From Mobula hypostoma (lineage: Eukaryota): a DNA stretch of 64,000 nt. The stretch spans positions 7,502,001-7,566,000 of the forward strand of contig NC_086108.1 of assembly GCF_963921235.1 (NCBI RefSeq), in the 5' to 3' direction. Below the pieces are notes generated by a model that saw only the letters and a list, made by a program, of their open reading frames with translations, did not search any database and had not been told where the DNA came from. Below are positions 13,380 to 26,719 of the stretch, piece by piece; positions within the stretch are counted from its first letter, which is position 1, and every line of letters starts with the position of its first letter. The position numbers and the translations under genes are program-made.

Positions 13380-14640
13380 ACCTTTGACATCTCTTCTATA
13401 CTTCCCTCCAATCACAGTAAAATAATGCCCTCTGGTATTACTTCTGTCAAGTCACCTCTCATCCTCCTTCCCTCCAAAGAGAAAAGCCCCCCTAGCTCTC
13501 TCAACCCCTCCTCATAAGACATGCTCTCTAATCCAGGCAGCATCCTGGTATCCTCTGCACCCTCTCTAAAGCTTCCACATCCTTCCTATAAAGAACCAAA
13601 ACTGAACACAATACTCCAAGTGTGATACAACTCGAGCGTAATAGAGCTGCAACATTATCTCATGGCTCTTGAATTCAGTTCCTCAGCTAATGAAGGCCAA
13701 TGCACCATAGACCTTCTGAACAACCCTATCAACTCGAGCAGCAACGTTGAGGGATTTATGGACGTGGACGTCAAGATCCTTCTGTTCTTCCACACCGTTA
13801 AGATTCCTGCCATTAACGGTGTGCTCTGCCTTTAATTTCAGCCTTCTGAAGTGTCATACAGAGTCATAGAAAAGTACAGCCCGGAATCAGGCCATTTGGC
13901 CCATCTAGTCTGTGCCAAGCCATTTAAACTGCCTACTGTCATCGACCTGCGCCCAGCCCATAGCCATCCATGTACCTATCCAAGCTTCTCTTAAACGTTG
14001 AAATCGAGCTCACTTGCACCACCCGTTCACTCCACACTCTCACCATTGAGTGAAGAAGTTTCCCCTCATGTTTTCCTTAAACTTTTCACCTTTCACCCTT
14101 AACCCATGACCTCTGGTTGTAGTCCCACCTGACCTCAGAGGGAAAAAGCCTGCTTATACTTACCCTATCATTTTTTTGGATTGAGCCTCCTCTACCATTC
14201 TGTATCTTGTCTATACCCCTTTGTGACCTATGATAGCCTTATGTCCACAACACCCCCTACCTTAGTGTCATTTGCAAACTTACTAACCTGCCCTTCCACT
14301 TCCTCATCTGAGTAAAATTACAAAGAACAGGGGTCACACCACTGGTCACCAACCTCCAGGCAGAATACGTTCCATCTACTACCACACTCTGCCCTCGTTG
14401 GCAAGCCAGTTCTGGATCCATGCGGGCAAGTTTCCCTCGATCTTATGCTTCCTGGCTTTCTGGATGAGTCTACCATGGGGAAACATATCAAACACGTTGT
14501 TAAAATCCATGTATACTACACTCAGTGCTCAATGTTTTGTCACATCCTGAAAGTATTCAGTCGGGCTCATGGGGTTTGACCTGCCCCTCACAAAGTCATG
14601 TTGAGTATCCCTAGTAAGACTATGCCTCGCCAATTCTTTT
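13380..14640 (-). mobile_element. Nested decayed CR1 LINE fragments
   Basis: Reverse-strand CR1 ORF2 and 3' UTR motifs (LEYCVQF, QHDFVRGRS region, catagaaaag-type tails). Confidence 0.7.
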
Positions 14641-15519
14641 AGAAACAGGCCCTTATGCCCACCATAAATGTGCTGACCCTGATGCCAAATTTAACTCATC
14701 CCCATTCCCTGCACCTGATCCATATCCCTCCATTCCCCAAAGACCCATGCTCTCGTCTAAGTTCCACTCTCACATCTGCTTCCAGCATGAAAAAGACCCC
14801 ACGGCTACCGCTTTGCAGACCTTCACGTCATAAACACGAGATTCTGCAGATGCTGGAAATAGAGCAACAAACACACAAAATGCTGGAGGAACTCCGCAGG
14901 TAAGGTAGCATCTTCAGAAGGAACGGTGAGTCAACATTTCGGGCCAAGATCTGAGATCGTGATGAAGTGCCTGGTCCCGAAACATCGGCTGTTTATTCCA
15001 CTCCATCGATGCTGCCTGACCTGCTGAGTTCCTCCAGCATTTTATGTTTAATCAGATGGAAGTGCCCTGTCCACTGGCTGATTTGGTCTGTGAGGAAGTG
15101 TTTTGATTTCAGGGATATCTTGTGACACGGAGTCCACCACAGGAGTGGTTGCCTTTATTGTTGCTTTCCCAGTTCCGAGTTGCTTACCCTGGAAGCGAGC
15201 TGTACTTTCATAACACTCTGCTTTGCACGCTCGTAGACTGGCAACTTCACACCACTTGTTAACCATTAAATGAGCCGAACAGAGGAACAAAGTTAAACCT
15301 CCTAGCAACAGTCGCAACCAAGAGCTCATCTATTGACATGAGATTCTATATTTGACTCTCAGATTTCTTATCAAATCTAGTCATCTGGAAAAGTATCTCT
15401 TGTATATTTCCACCAGGCGCCAGACCTATTGATATCAAAGTCTTGTGGCTTAACATTTCTCACTGACACAGCAATTGTACTTGATCAATATTCAATAAGA
15501 GCTTGTGCAAAAATAAAAA

Positions 15520-16030
15520 CACCAGAAAACCTGCTGATGCAGAGCAACACACAAAATGCTGGAGGAACTCAGCAGGTCAAGCAGCTTCTATGGAAAAGAG
15601 TACACAGCCGATGTTTCAGGCCGAGTCCCTTCTTCAGGACTGGAAAAGTGGTGGTGGGGGTGGGGGGGGAATGCTTGAAGCCAGAATAAAAAGGCGGGGG
15701 GAGGGGAAGGAGGCTAGCTGGAGGGTGATAGGTGAAGCCAGGTGGATGGGAAAGGTCAAGGGCTGAAGAGGAAGGAATCTGAGGGGAGAGGAGAAAGGGA
15801 AGGAGGAGGGGACCCTAGGGGAAGTGACAGGCAGGTGAGAAGAGGTACAGTAAATGGCCAGAGTGGGGAATGGAGGAGGCGGTGGGCGGGCGGGGAGAGG
15901 GCAAATTTTGTACACTGGAAGGAGAAATCGACATTCATGCATTCAGGTTGGATGGTACCAAGACGGACAGAAAAATAAGGTGTTGGTTCTCACGGCACTA
16001 GGGGAGGCCATGGATCGACACGTCAGATTG
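15520..16030 (-). mobile_element. Penelope-derived 3' fragment with hammerhead-like motif
   Basis: Decayed GIY-YIG C-terminus (MNVDFS), pyrimidine-rich linker, AGTCCTGAAGAAGGGACTCGGCCTGAAACATCGGCT and the common tail. Similar copies at 8845-9275(+) and 61740-62225(+). Confidence 0.75.
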
Positions 16031-19000
16031 ACACGTGCCTTTTACACGTTGTGTAAAAATAGCTTCGGATGCTCCTTCCATGAAATCAGTGTATTGTGTT
16101 GTCACACACTGTTCAAATGCACGTCCTTTCAAGTTCAATTTCAAACCCAAGTTTATTGTCATTTAACTATATACAGTACATGTGTACCATCAAACGACAC
16201 GTGTTTCTCTGGACCAGTAGTACACATACTACAACTACGTCGACTCAGGCCCTGGGGGCCGGCGTCGGGCAAATGAGTACACATAACACACAATAACTTA
16301 GAAAAGTAAGAATTAAACCTACAAATGAATTACACATAATTAAACAAAGTAAAGTGCACAAGTTAACTATTGTAAGGTACAGTACAAATTATCCAGTGAC
16401 ACTTCGAATGCGATGCGGCAGGGAGTTCAGAAGCCTAATGGCCTGAGGGAAGAAGCTGTTTCTCATCCTGACCGTTCTGGTCTTTATGCATCAGAGTCTC
16501 CTGCCTGATGGTAGAAAGTCAGAGGATGCTGGGTGGATGGGTGGGACCACTGATAATACGAAGGGCCCTGTGTATGCAGTGTTCCTGATAAATGGTAGGC
16601 TGACCCCTATGATCCCCTCAGTCAATCTCAGTCCTTTGTAGGGACTTCCAGTCTGATGCTCTGCTGCTCCTAGACCAGATGGAGATGTCTCAATGGTGCT
16701 CCTGTGACATTCAGTTAATATGGGGGTCTGGGGGTGGGGCAGTGGAGCCTCGCCTGCCCTCAATCTCCTTGGCAAGTAGAGGTGCCTTCTTGATCAGAGG
16801 GGAGAACCTGAGGCACCAGGTGAGGTCACCTGTGATGTAAATTAACAAATAATAAATTATATGCAGTCCAGATAATAAAGGTGCCTTTACGACACAAGTC
16901 AAAGAGTAAAGAGTGTGAAGTTACTGGTGCATCATATGTGGTGGCAGGGGGTCTCTCCACCTGGGGGAGGCAGCGGTTTCCCACTCTGGCAGTCCTTGTC
17001 CTAATGTTACCTCCTGCCTGATAGCGGAGGGGCCAAAGAGATTGTGGGACAGATGGGACAATGATGGCAGCACTCCTGCTAAGTATCTTGGAATGGTGGA
17101 AGAGAGGCCCCGATAGGTTCCTCCAGCAGTTTGTGTGTATTGCTTAGGTTGGATTGATCGAAGCACCAGGTCGATTTGGAAAGGTCGGATATGGGCTGAA
17201 CTGAGGCAGCGGGGTCCAGACCCAGAGCGTATCCATGTGGCAGGGCCCAGGTCCTAGAGAGAGAGGAACGACCCGATGATTTAAACGCTGGGCCAGTTGA
17301 AAAGGCAGGTGTTGGGACTAGAGACCAGGGTCGAGCCGGTTCTGCTCACTGCTCCTTGACGTTTACTCTGCTGTGATGAACTGAGGCTCTGGCCTGCTCT
17401 GGGCTTCATGTCTGAGGACTCACTTCCGTTTTAAATGCTATTTGCTTAATTTTATCGCTCGCACTATATATATTTTTTCTCGCTCTCTGAACATTGGGTA
17501 TTTGTCAATTTTTTAATGGGTTCTTCTGGATTTCTTGTTTTCTGTCTGCCTGTAAGGAGATGAATGTCAAGGTTACATAATGTATACATACTTTGATTAA
17601 AGAAAAATGCACTTCGATCTTTACGGGGTTTCTTATCACAAATCATAAAAGCATAATACATAGGAGCAGACTGAGACCATTCAGCCCATCAAGTGTGCTT
17701 CACCATTCGACCACAGCTGATGACCCCTCCCTCAGCCCCATTCTTTACCTTCTCCCTGTAACCTTTGCCACCCTGACTAATCAAGAACCTATAAACCTCT
17801 GCTTTTAATAGACCCAAAGACCTGGTGTCCACAGCCACCTGCGGCAATGAATTCCACAGACTCACACGGCACATTCACTGTATGGTTAAGTAATAAATAA
17901 ATCTGAATCGGCAACTCCGGACCGACATTTCAGTGTAATCTTGAGACTGTCGCACCATCAAAAATGCTGTTGTTCAGACGGGACGTTAAAACCAAGGACG
18001 GTCTGTTTCATGAAGAAGAACAAGAGTGTTTCTCTTGGTGTTTTTGGTCAATGTCTGTCTATCAACCACCATCACTGACATTACGGAAACAGCAATGAGG
18101 AATCCCTTTACATTTGAATGCGACGCTATTCCTGGGTCTCCACCCAGGACTTGCGTGACTGACAGTAGTGAAAACCGCGAGGAAGCTGCTGATGTGGTGG
18201 AGGAAGCCCTGAATATCCCCAGAGATGGAGGCTGTTCATTGCTGCCCTAAATGCCAGTGAAGAAGTGGGCAAAGATAAGAGGCCATCACCGAACCTGAAT
18301 TAGTCTACATCATGTTGCTTGAGGAACTCTGCAGATGCTGGAACTGAAAAGCAACACACACACAATGCTGGAGGAACTCAGCATCTATTGAAAAGAGTAA
18401 ATAGTTGACGTTTCAGGCCAAGACCCTTCTTCACACTGCTGTTCGTGGAAGTTTGCTGTACACAAACAGAAAGTGATACCAGAGCATCGAACAGTAAAAC
18501 ACAGTGCAGGCCATTCGGCCCACAATGTTGTGCCAATCTTTTAACCTACCCTAAGATCAATCTAACCCTTCTCTCCTACAGAGCCCTCCATTGTTCTGAA
18601 ACCTGTGTGCCTCTCTAAGAGTTTCTTAGATGCCCCTGTTGTATCTTTCGCTATCACTACCCTGGCAGACACAAAATCTGCAGATGCTGGGGTCAAAGCA
18701 CACCCACTGCACTCTGTTGAAGTAAAACTTACCTTTGACATCTCCCCTATACCTTCCCCCCGTCACCTTAAAATAATGTGTCCTAGTATTGTTTTTTCCT
18801 GCCCTGGGGACAAAGGCACTGGCTGTCCACTCAGTCATGTTGTACACCTCTATCCAGTCACTTCTCATCCTCCTTCGCTCCAGAGAGAAAAGCCCGAGCT
18901 CACTCAACCTATCCTCATAAGGCACGGGAGCATCTCTCGTCCAGGCAGCGTCCTGATAAATCTCCTCTGCACCCTTTCTGAAGCTTCCACATCCTTCCTG

Positions 19001-19671
19001 TAATGAGATGACCTAATAGAATAAACTGAACAGAATATTTCAGGTGTGAAATATTATTTCCCGGTTATAAAGAATACTGAGTCACAAAGGGTGACCAAGA
19101 GAAACACAAGTCTTTAGATATAACACACCACTTCTTCCTTGTTCTGTAGCCTCCAGCATTTCTGGTCGATAGATAGCAAGCAAGGGAAGACTGGTTCAAA
19201 CTCCACTCTCCTTGCTGTCTCAGGCCCAGAACCAAACACACCGCACGCAATTGAAACTGAAGTTATGCACAGCAAATTGTAACAACCACATAGCGTGACT
19301 GGATTCGCGGAAATGAGGGACCCTCACCTCATCCAAGTAAAACAGAGGCTGCTTTGTTTAATCTCGGACCCCTATCCCTGTGGACGGGTTCACATGCAAT
19401 GGTCAGGCCTCACTCCAATGAATTTTTTACTTATCATCCGGAGACAACAGCAACAACTCCAAACCCCATTTGTCAGTAGCCCAGAGAGCTTTTCATCAAT
19501 GAAAAGCGGACACAAAGCCATATAAAGAGGTGTTCGGACAGCTGATCACAAGATCAGTCACAGCAGTGGCTCTAAGGGACTATAAGAGGAAAAGGTGGGG
19601 ACATTGGCTTAGCCTCTGATATAGAACTTCCACTCCCATGGACAAACAGGCAACTCATTCATATATTAATC

Positions 19672-20770
19672 ATATCCTAACCCTTTTATACCAATCGTAC
19701 CCTAAACCTCTAATACAAATCCCACCATAACCCATTTATACCAATCCTACCCTTACCCACCTATACCAACCCCACTCTAACCAATTTATACTAATCCTAC
19801 ATTAACCCCTTCATACTATTCCTACCTGAACCTATAAATACCATTCTTACCCTAACACATTAGTACTAATCACACCATAACCCATTTATAACAATCCATA
19901 AGACCATAAGACTTTGGAGTAGAATCAGGCCATCTGGCCCATCAGGTCTGTTCCACCATTCAATCATGGCTGATCCTTTTCTTCCCCTCCTCAACCCCAC
20001 TCCCCAGTCTAATCGGACCCTAAACCATTTATACTGATCCTACCCTAGTCTATTATATTATACTAATCATACCATAACCTATTAATACCAATCCTATCCT
20101 CATCCATTGGTATAACCTAGTTATCCCAATCCTATTCTAACACGTTGGTACTAATCACACCGTTACCCATTTATAATAATCTTATCCAACAATTTTTATG
20201 AATCCTGCCCTAAACCATTTATGCTAATCACTGATTAACCCATTTATATCAATCTAATCATAACCCATTTATACCAATCCTACTCTACCCTATTTATACT
20301 AATCCCAGTCTAACCAATTTATACCAATCCTACCCTAACCCATTTGTAACAATCCCACTCTAACCAATTTATACAAATCCTACACTAACCCCTTCATACT
20401 AATTCTACCCGAACTCATTAATACCAATCCTATCCTAACACATTGATACCAATCCTACCCTAATCCATTCATGCCAATCCATCCTTAACCCATTTATACT
20501 AATCATACCCTAAACCATTTGTACTGATTGCACCTTAACCTATTTATACTAAACCTAACCTAATCAATTTTACCAATCCTACCCTAACGCATTAATACCA
20601 GTCCTACTGAAACCCATTTATACTAATCCTACACTAACCCATTTATACCAATTCTTCCTAACCCACTTAACCCAATCCTACTCTAACCCATTTACACCAA
20701 CCCTACCCTAACCCATTTATACTAATATTATCCTAACCCAGTTATACTAATCCTACCCTAACCCATTTAT
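19672..20770. repeat. Degenerate 25-bp minisatellite (about AACCCATTTATACCAATCCTACCCT), interrupted by a CR1 tail at about 19896-20008
   Basis: 25-nt period, roughly 40 units, near absence of G on the + strand. Confidence 0.9.
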
Positions 20771-22199
20771 TCTCCCCACATTAATTAACTCTCTCCAATT
20801 TCTACCACAGTCGACAGCAGAAAACAAGCCTTTCAGCTCATCTAGTCTGCACCAGCCTGGGTTTCTGCCCATTTCCATCCATCTTGACCCACAGCATAGC
20901 CCTCCATTCCCCTCTCATTCCTGTACTTACCCAAATTTCTCTTAAATATTGAAATCAGATCCGCAGCCAGCACTTCTGCTGGCAGATCAATCATTCCATC
21001 TTGGCCGATTTATTTTCCCTCTCAACCCCATTCTCCTGCCTACTCCCCATAACCTTTGACACCTTTACTAAGCAAGAACCTATCAGCCTCCATTCTAAAA
21101 ATACCCAATACCCAATGCCTTGGCCTCCACAGCCATCTGTGGCAATGAATTCCACAGATTCACCACCATCTGCTAAAGAAATTCCTCCTCATCTCTGATG
21201 CTAAGGGACGTACTTGCATTCTGAGGCTGTGCTGCCAGTGCAAACCTTTTCCCCCGACTAGAAATATCCTCTTCCCATCCACTGTTTCCAGGCCTTTTAA
21301 TATTTGGTAAGTTTCAAAGAGTTTGCCCTCCCCCCATTCTTCTAAACACTGGTGACAATATTCCCAGAGGCATCTAATGCTCCACATACATTAACCCCTC
21401 CTTGTAAATCTCCTCTGGACCCTCTCCAATGCCAGAATATCCTTTCTTAGGATGGAGGTACCACCTATTGAAGGCAGAGGAGCTTGTTAGATCTTGATGC
21501 TCTTGTGCTCAAAGGTTATTTCGAAGTCAAGAATAAGGCATAAAACTTGCTGTTTACAATTGTTTTATTAAGGGTTCCAAGAGCAGAAAATGACCAAGAA
21601 AGAGGAGCCAAGAGAACAAAGAAAAGAGGAAGGAAAAAGCAGCTGTGGTCATCTCATTCTCAGGCTGGTGATAACACAGATTCCAGTGATAACAATTAAC
21701 GTATCAGGTAGACAGATTTCAGTGGTGTGACACCTGCTACTGTAGAAAAATACAGTAGCTTGTAGAAAAATGCAAAAGCAACTGTCTCGCAATTGCTGGA
21801 AAATTCACTGAATTATTACCTGTATGTTAGTGATTATATAAAAATACAAGCAAGCATAGGAAAGTTAAACTACAAGAAAAATCACATGTCTACACCCCAA
21901 TCTAACAAGATCCAGCACTGGAAGACGATATTGACCTCTGCTTCCCAGTGCACAGCTGGCTGCCTTAGTTAATGTTACAAGCGACTGACTGCACTCTTTA
22001 AAAAGTGGTTCTCCGGCAGCCTGAGATGGAAAAGCTGTTCGAGAAATGCTAATGTTTTCTTTAGCCGGGCCTTTACAGTGTGCCGAGGGTGGTGGGTGGG
22101 GGTTGCTGATGTGAATGATGGAGGGGCAGAGGGGGAGGGGAATATTTAATACAGGGTTGGTCCATATACGTCGAAAGAATTTCTGCCACCTACACAGCC

Positions 22200-22570
22200 A
22201 GAGAGTGTGAGCGTGAGAGAGAGGGAAAGAGAAAGGGAGAGGAAAAGAGGGGGAGGGAGAGAAAGAGAGACAGAAAGTGAGAAGGAAAGAGGGGAAAGAA
22301 AGAGAGGGGGTGGGAAAGGGAGGAAGAGGGAGGCAGGGAGAGAGAAAGGGAGGGGGAGGGAGGGAATGGGAGAAGAAGGGAAGGAGGGAGAGAGGAGGGG
22401 GTTGAAAGAAAGAGAGATGAGGGAGAGGGAGGGAGAGAAAGAAGCAGAGAGATAGAGAGAAAGTGAGAGAGGAAGAAAGATGGAGAGCGAGAGAGGGAGA
22501 AGAGGGGGTGTTGAAAGGAGAGAGAGAGAAAGATGGAGGAGAGAGGGAGAGAGAGGAGGAAAGGAAAGAA
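22200..22570. repeat. G/A-rich polypurine low-complexity tract
   Basis: About 370 bp nearly all G/A on the + strand. Confidence 0.9.
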
Positions 22571-23059
22571 ATGTACAGGTAGTACATACCACAGGGCTGG
22601 ACTGTAGTTGACATCACCTTGTACTCATAATTACTTCTATGGTATTAAGCACTGCTGAACAAAATGATGCAACCTGGCTGACATTCAAGACAAATTGCCA
22701 GAAGATTACTGAATGACTCAGGACTTACAAAAGGATCATCAGAACAAAGGCCATTTGTGATATTCCCCACCTGCTTACTAAATAGTCACTACTTAGTTTA
22801 AACTGATTTATTTGACCAGAAGATTAACTTCCAATCCAAAATGACTCATTCATTCACATCTGACACTATGACTGGGTCATACGTTGTTGGGAGAGCTGCC
22901 GAAAGGAAGTTGAAGTTAGATGCCAGTGATCCTCAGACCAACCACCACTTGTAGTACATACCCCAGACCACTACTGCCCAAGGTGTCAAATCTTCACCCA
23001 CAGACCACAGTTCTTGAACCATTAATCTGAGCCAGACAGTTCTCCCCTGCTGGTCAACA

Positions 23060-23470
23060 CATCTCATTGCTTTCAACATCTCCAGCAAACTTCTGCAGAT
23101 GTACCGTGGAGAGCGTTTTCACTGGTTGCATCACTACTTGGTATGGGGGGGGGGGAGGCGTGTCTATGGCACAGGGTCGGAAAACACTGCAGAAAGTTGT
23201 GAACTCATCCAGCTTCAACACGGGCACTAGCCTGCCCAGATTTGAGGACACCTTCGACACGTGATGCCTCAAAAAGGCAGCATCCATCACGAAGACCCCT
23301 CAACACCCAGGACCTGCCCTCCTCTCATTACAACATTCAGGGAGGAGGCACAGGAACCTGAAGACACACACTCAATGATTCAGGAACAGCTTCTTCCCCT
23401 CTGCCATCCATTTCTGAATGGACATTGAGCCCATGAACACTATCTAACTATATGATCTCTTCTTGCACTT
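23060..23470 (+). mobile_element. Rex1/Babar LINE 3' fragment
   Basis: NFCRCTVESVFTGCITTWYG...RKTLQKVV and the FRNSFFPSAI terminus. Confidence 0.8.
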
Positions 23471-23499
23471 ATTTTTAAAGTTCAAAAGTTCAAAGTAAA

Positions 23500-23900
23500 T
23501 TTACTTACTTACTGTCTGTAACTCCACTGGCGTTTTGGGCAGCAATGAAGGTCCTCTATCTCTGTCTGTCCTTGGCCATCTTCTCTATTGTGCCCCAGGT
23601 GTGGTTCAAGATCTTCATTTCTGCCTCTACGGTATGGCTCCGACTTGTCTTTGGTCTCCTGCATTTCCTCCGCCCTTCAGGGGTTCAGTGAAGTGCTGTC
23701 TTGATGATGGCATTGGCATATCTTCTCATCACGTGCCCAACCCATTTCCAACATTTCCTCATGATGATTGTGGCCGTGTCCTCTTGGTGACACTGAAGGA
23801 GTAGGGTGTGGTTGGAGATCTTTCCAGGCCAGAAAATATGGAGGCTCTTCCAGAGGCTCATGGTGTGGGATAACGACAGCTTGACAAGGTCCCTGTCTGT
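23500..23900 (-). mobile_element. RTE-clade LINE 3' fragment
   Basis: WKWVGHVMRR...KTALH*TPEGRRK motif with an (AGTA)n tail. Confidence 0.75.
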
Positions 23901-24414
23901 CAGGTAAGTAATTTTATTATCAAAGTACATAGACATCAACACATACTACTCTAAGATTCATTTTCTTGTGGGCATATACAATAAATCTATCAAATAATAA
24001 CTCGCGCTTTGAGTGTATTTCTATGTTACATTGACTGCTCTATTTATCAAAATTATTATAAATTACTGTGATTGCACATTGCACATTTAGACAAAGACAT
24101 AGTATAAAGATTTTTACTCCTCATGTATGTGACGGATGTAAGAAATAAAGGCAATTCAATTTAATTCATGACAGAATCAATGGAAGATGGCACCAACTTG
24201 GGTGTTCAACCAGAATGCAGAAGACAACAAACAATGCAAATATAAAAAGAAAGAAATAATAATAATCAATAAATAAGCAATAACTATTAGGAACATGAGA
24301 TGACGTGTACTTGAAAGTCGAGTGCCTAGGTTGTGGGAACATCTCAGTGATCTTATCGTAAGTTGCAATGTACTGTTGCCACAAGAGATCTGGCAACATC
24401 CATCACTGATAATA

Positions 24415-24869
24415 CGAGGAGTGATGGATAAGTTTGTGGCCTACAGTAGAATGAGATGAGTTATACAGCTCTCGTTACATGTACGTGCAGTTCAACTCTT
24501 TGAGTGAAAATGCAGAAAGCTTGAGGTTAACAACTCATCAGTTAATAACTCATCAGGTGATTGATAAGTTCGTGGCCTAAGGTAGAAGGCGATGAGTTAT
24601 TAACTTCAAACTTTCTGCATAATCACTCAGAGTTGAACTGCATGTGCATGTAACGAGAGCTGTATAATTCATCTCCTTCTACCTTAGGCCACGAACTTAT
24701 CAATCACCCCTGCTGTGGACACTTTCTGGAGATCCAAGATCCGTATGCTCCACGACCGTTGCACTAAGTGTGTAAATGTAGGAGGGGACTATGTTGAAAA
24801 ATGAATGTGCTAGGTTTTCTAAAATTGACTCCTTCTACCTTAGGCCACAGACCTATCAATCACCCCTCG
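24415..24869 (+). mobile_element. Mariner-derived MITE with internal inverted duplication
   Basis: TA-flanked TIRs CGAGG(A/G)GTGAT(G/T)GATA... Retains the transposase C-terminus TKCVNVGGDYVEK* at about 24757-24804. Extra TIR copies at about 24555 and 24670-24710. Confidence 0.85.
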
Positions 24870-26719
24870 TAAACTTGATTCTGATTGGACTGTAACCCCA
24901 GATTTCTGTCGTGTTGGGGTCATAATCTAGGTCATAAATCCTCAAGGGTTTGCCGCTCTGCCAAACTAAACCATGTCTGCCCTCAAAGATCCAAGAGAAG
25001 AGTGGTCTGGAGAGTTTCCTCTGCTTCTGGTCAGCAACATTACAGCACAGATTACTGAGTCACGGATTCTGGTAGTAATATCGGTTCTACTTCAGAAGGT
25101 GAGAAGGGCTCCTTAATGTATTCTTGGAGGTGTTCTGAACTTTGGCACAGGAATCAAAGACCTGATAATCTCTTATCAATCAGTTTATTTTTATGGTCTT
25201 TAGAGCCTACTCAGATTTTTCATTAACTATTATGGCCAGCTAGGGCTTTTCCCTTTAGAACCTTGGACAGGCGTGCAAGATGATAAGAGGCATAGATCGA
25301 GTGGACAGCCAGAGACGCTTTCCCAGGGTGGAGATGGCTAATACAAAGAGGCATAATGTTAAGGCAATTGGAGGAAGGTATGGTGGGGGAGGGTGTATCA
25401 GGGGTAGCTTATTTTCCACATGGAGAGTGGTGGGTTCAATAAACACCCTCCCAGGGAGGTCTTGGATGCAGATACATTGGGGACATTTAAGAGACTCTTA
25501 GGCAGGTACCTAGATGATAGAAAAATGTAAGGCTACATGGGAAGGAAGGGTGAGATTGATTTGAGAGTAGGTTAAAAGGTTGGCACAACATTGTGGGCCG
25601 AAGGGCCTGTACTGTTCTATGTTCCTTCTACGAAGGCTTGATATCCCCTCATACTCAGCTTGGTTCTTATCAGGTCACCATCCGCTCTGTTCGGCAGGTG
25701 ACAGGACAGCAGCCTAAACGTGTGCTTTGAAAGAAATAAAGTTCGACGTTTAGAAAGAAAAACATAAATTCCGGATGTTTGCTCCTTAATGATGGCGCTC
25801 AGTACTCGGCGTCAGAGGGCTGACCGGAGGCTCGAAGTTTTCGGATGACTCAGAGTCGGATTGTGGTCGGCATGGCAGGGAGAGTTTTTCTTCCTTCTCC
25901 CGTCTGCGTGAGATGTGGGACATTTGAGAGACTTTGAACTTTACTGTGCTGATGGACTGTTCTTCATAAAGTTATGGTATTGTTGCACTGTTGTAACTAT
26001 ATGTTATAATTATGTGGTTCTGTCAGTTTATTCAGTCTTGGTCTGTCCTGTGTTTTGTGATATCACACCGGAGGAAATATTGTATCATTTCTTAATGCAT
26101 GCATTACTAAATGACAATAAAAGAGGACTGCGTGTCTTCATAATCATAATGGCGATACAGAACTTTATTGATGAAAAAGAAGCAGAAAAGTAAGCAAGGC
26201 AGACTCGATGGGCTAAATGGCCTAATTCTACTCCTATGGTCATCGACAAAATGGCTTATAGGGATGCTTCTATTGGACTGTCTCTGTGCTCCAAATAAGA
26301 TCAGAATCAGGTTTAATATCACCGCCTATGTCGTGAAATTTATTGTTATGTTGCAGCAGCACAATGCAATACAGAATGATTTTTTAAAAACTGTGAATTA
26401 TTATATATAAATATAATAGTTAAATTAAATAAGTAGCGCAAAAAGTGAAATAAAAAGTATGAGGTAGTGTTCGCGGGTTCAATGTCCATTCAGAAATCAG
26501 ATGGCAGAGGGGAAGAAGCTGTTCCTGAATCGTTGAGTGTGTGTCTTCAGGCTTCTGTACCTCCTCCCTGATGGTAGCAATGAGAAGAGGGCGTGGCCTG
26601 GGTGATGGGGGTCCTTAATAATGGAGGCATCGATCCTAGAAGATGTTCTGGATGTTGGGGATGCCAGTGCCAATGATGGAGCTGACTGAGTTCACAACTT
26701 TCTGCAGCTCATTTCTGCA

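Noticed and set aside
21865..22617. 250-aa ORF and similar Leu/Ser/Pro- or Arg/Glu-rich ORFs (956-1177, 6812-7493)
   Set aside because: These are translations of low-complexity CT/GA tracts.
24973..25098. ATG-initiated plus-strand exon candidate MSALKDPREEW...LLQK|gtgaga
   Set aside because: No recognisable protein similarity and no compatible downstream exon found.
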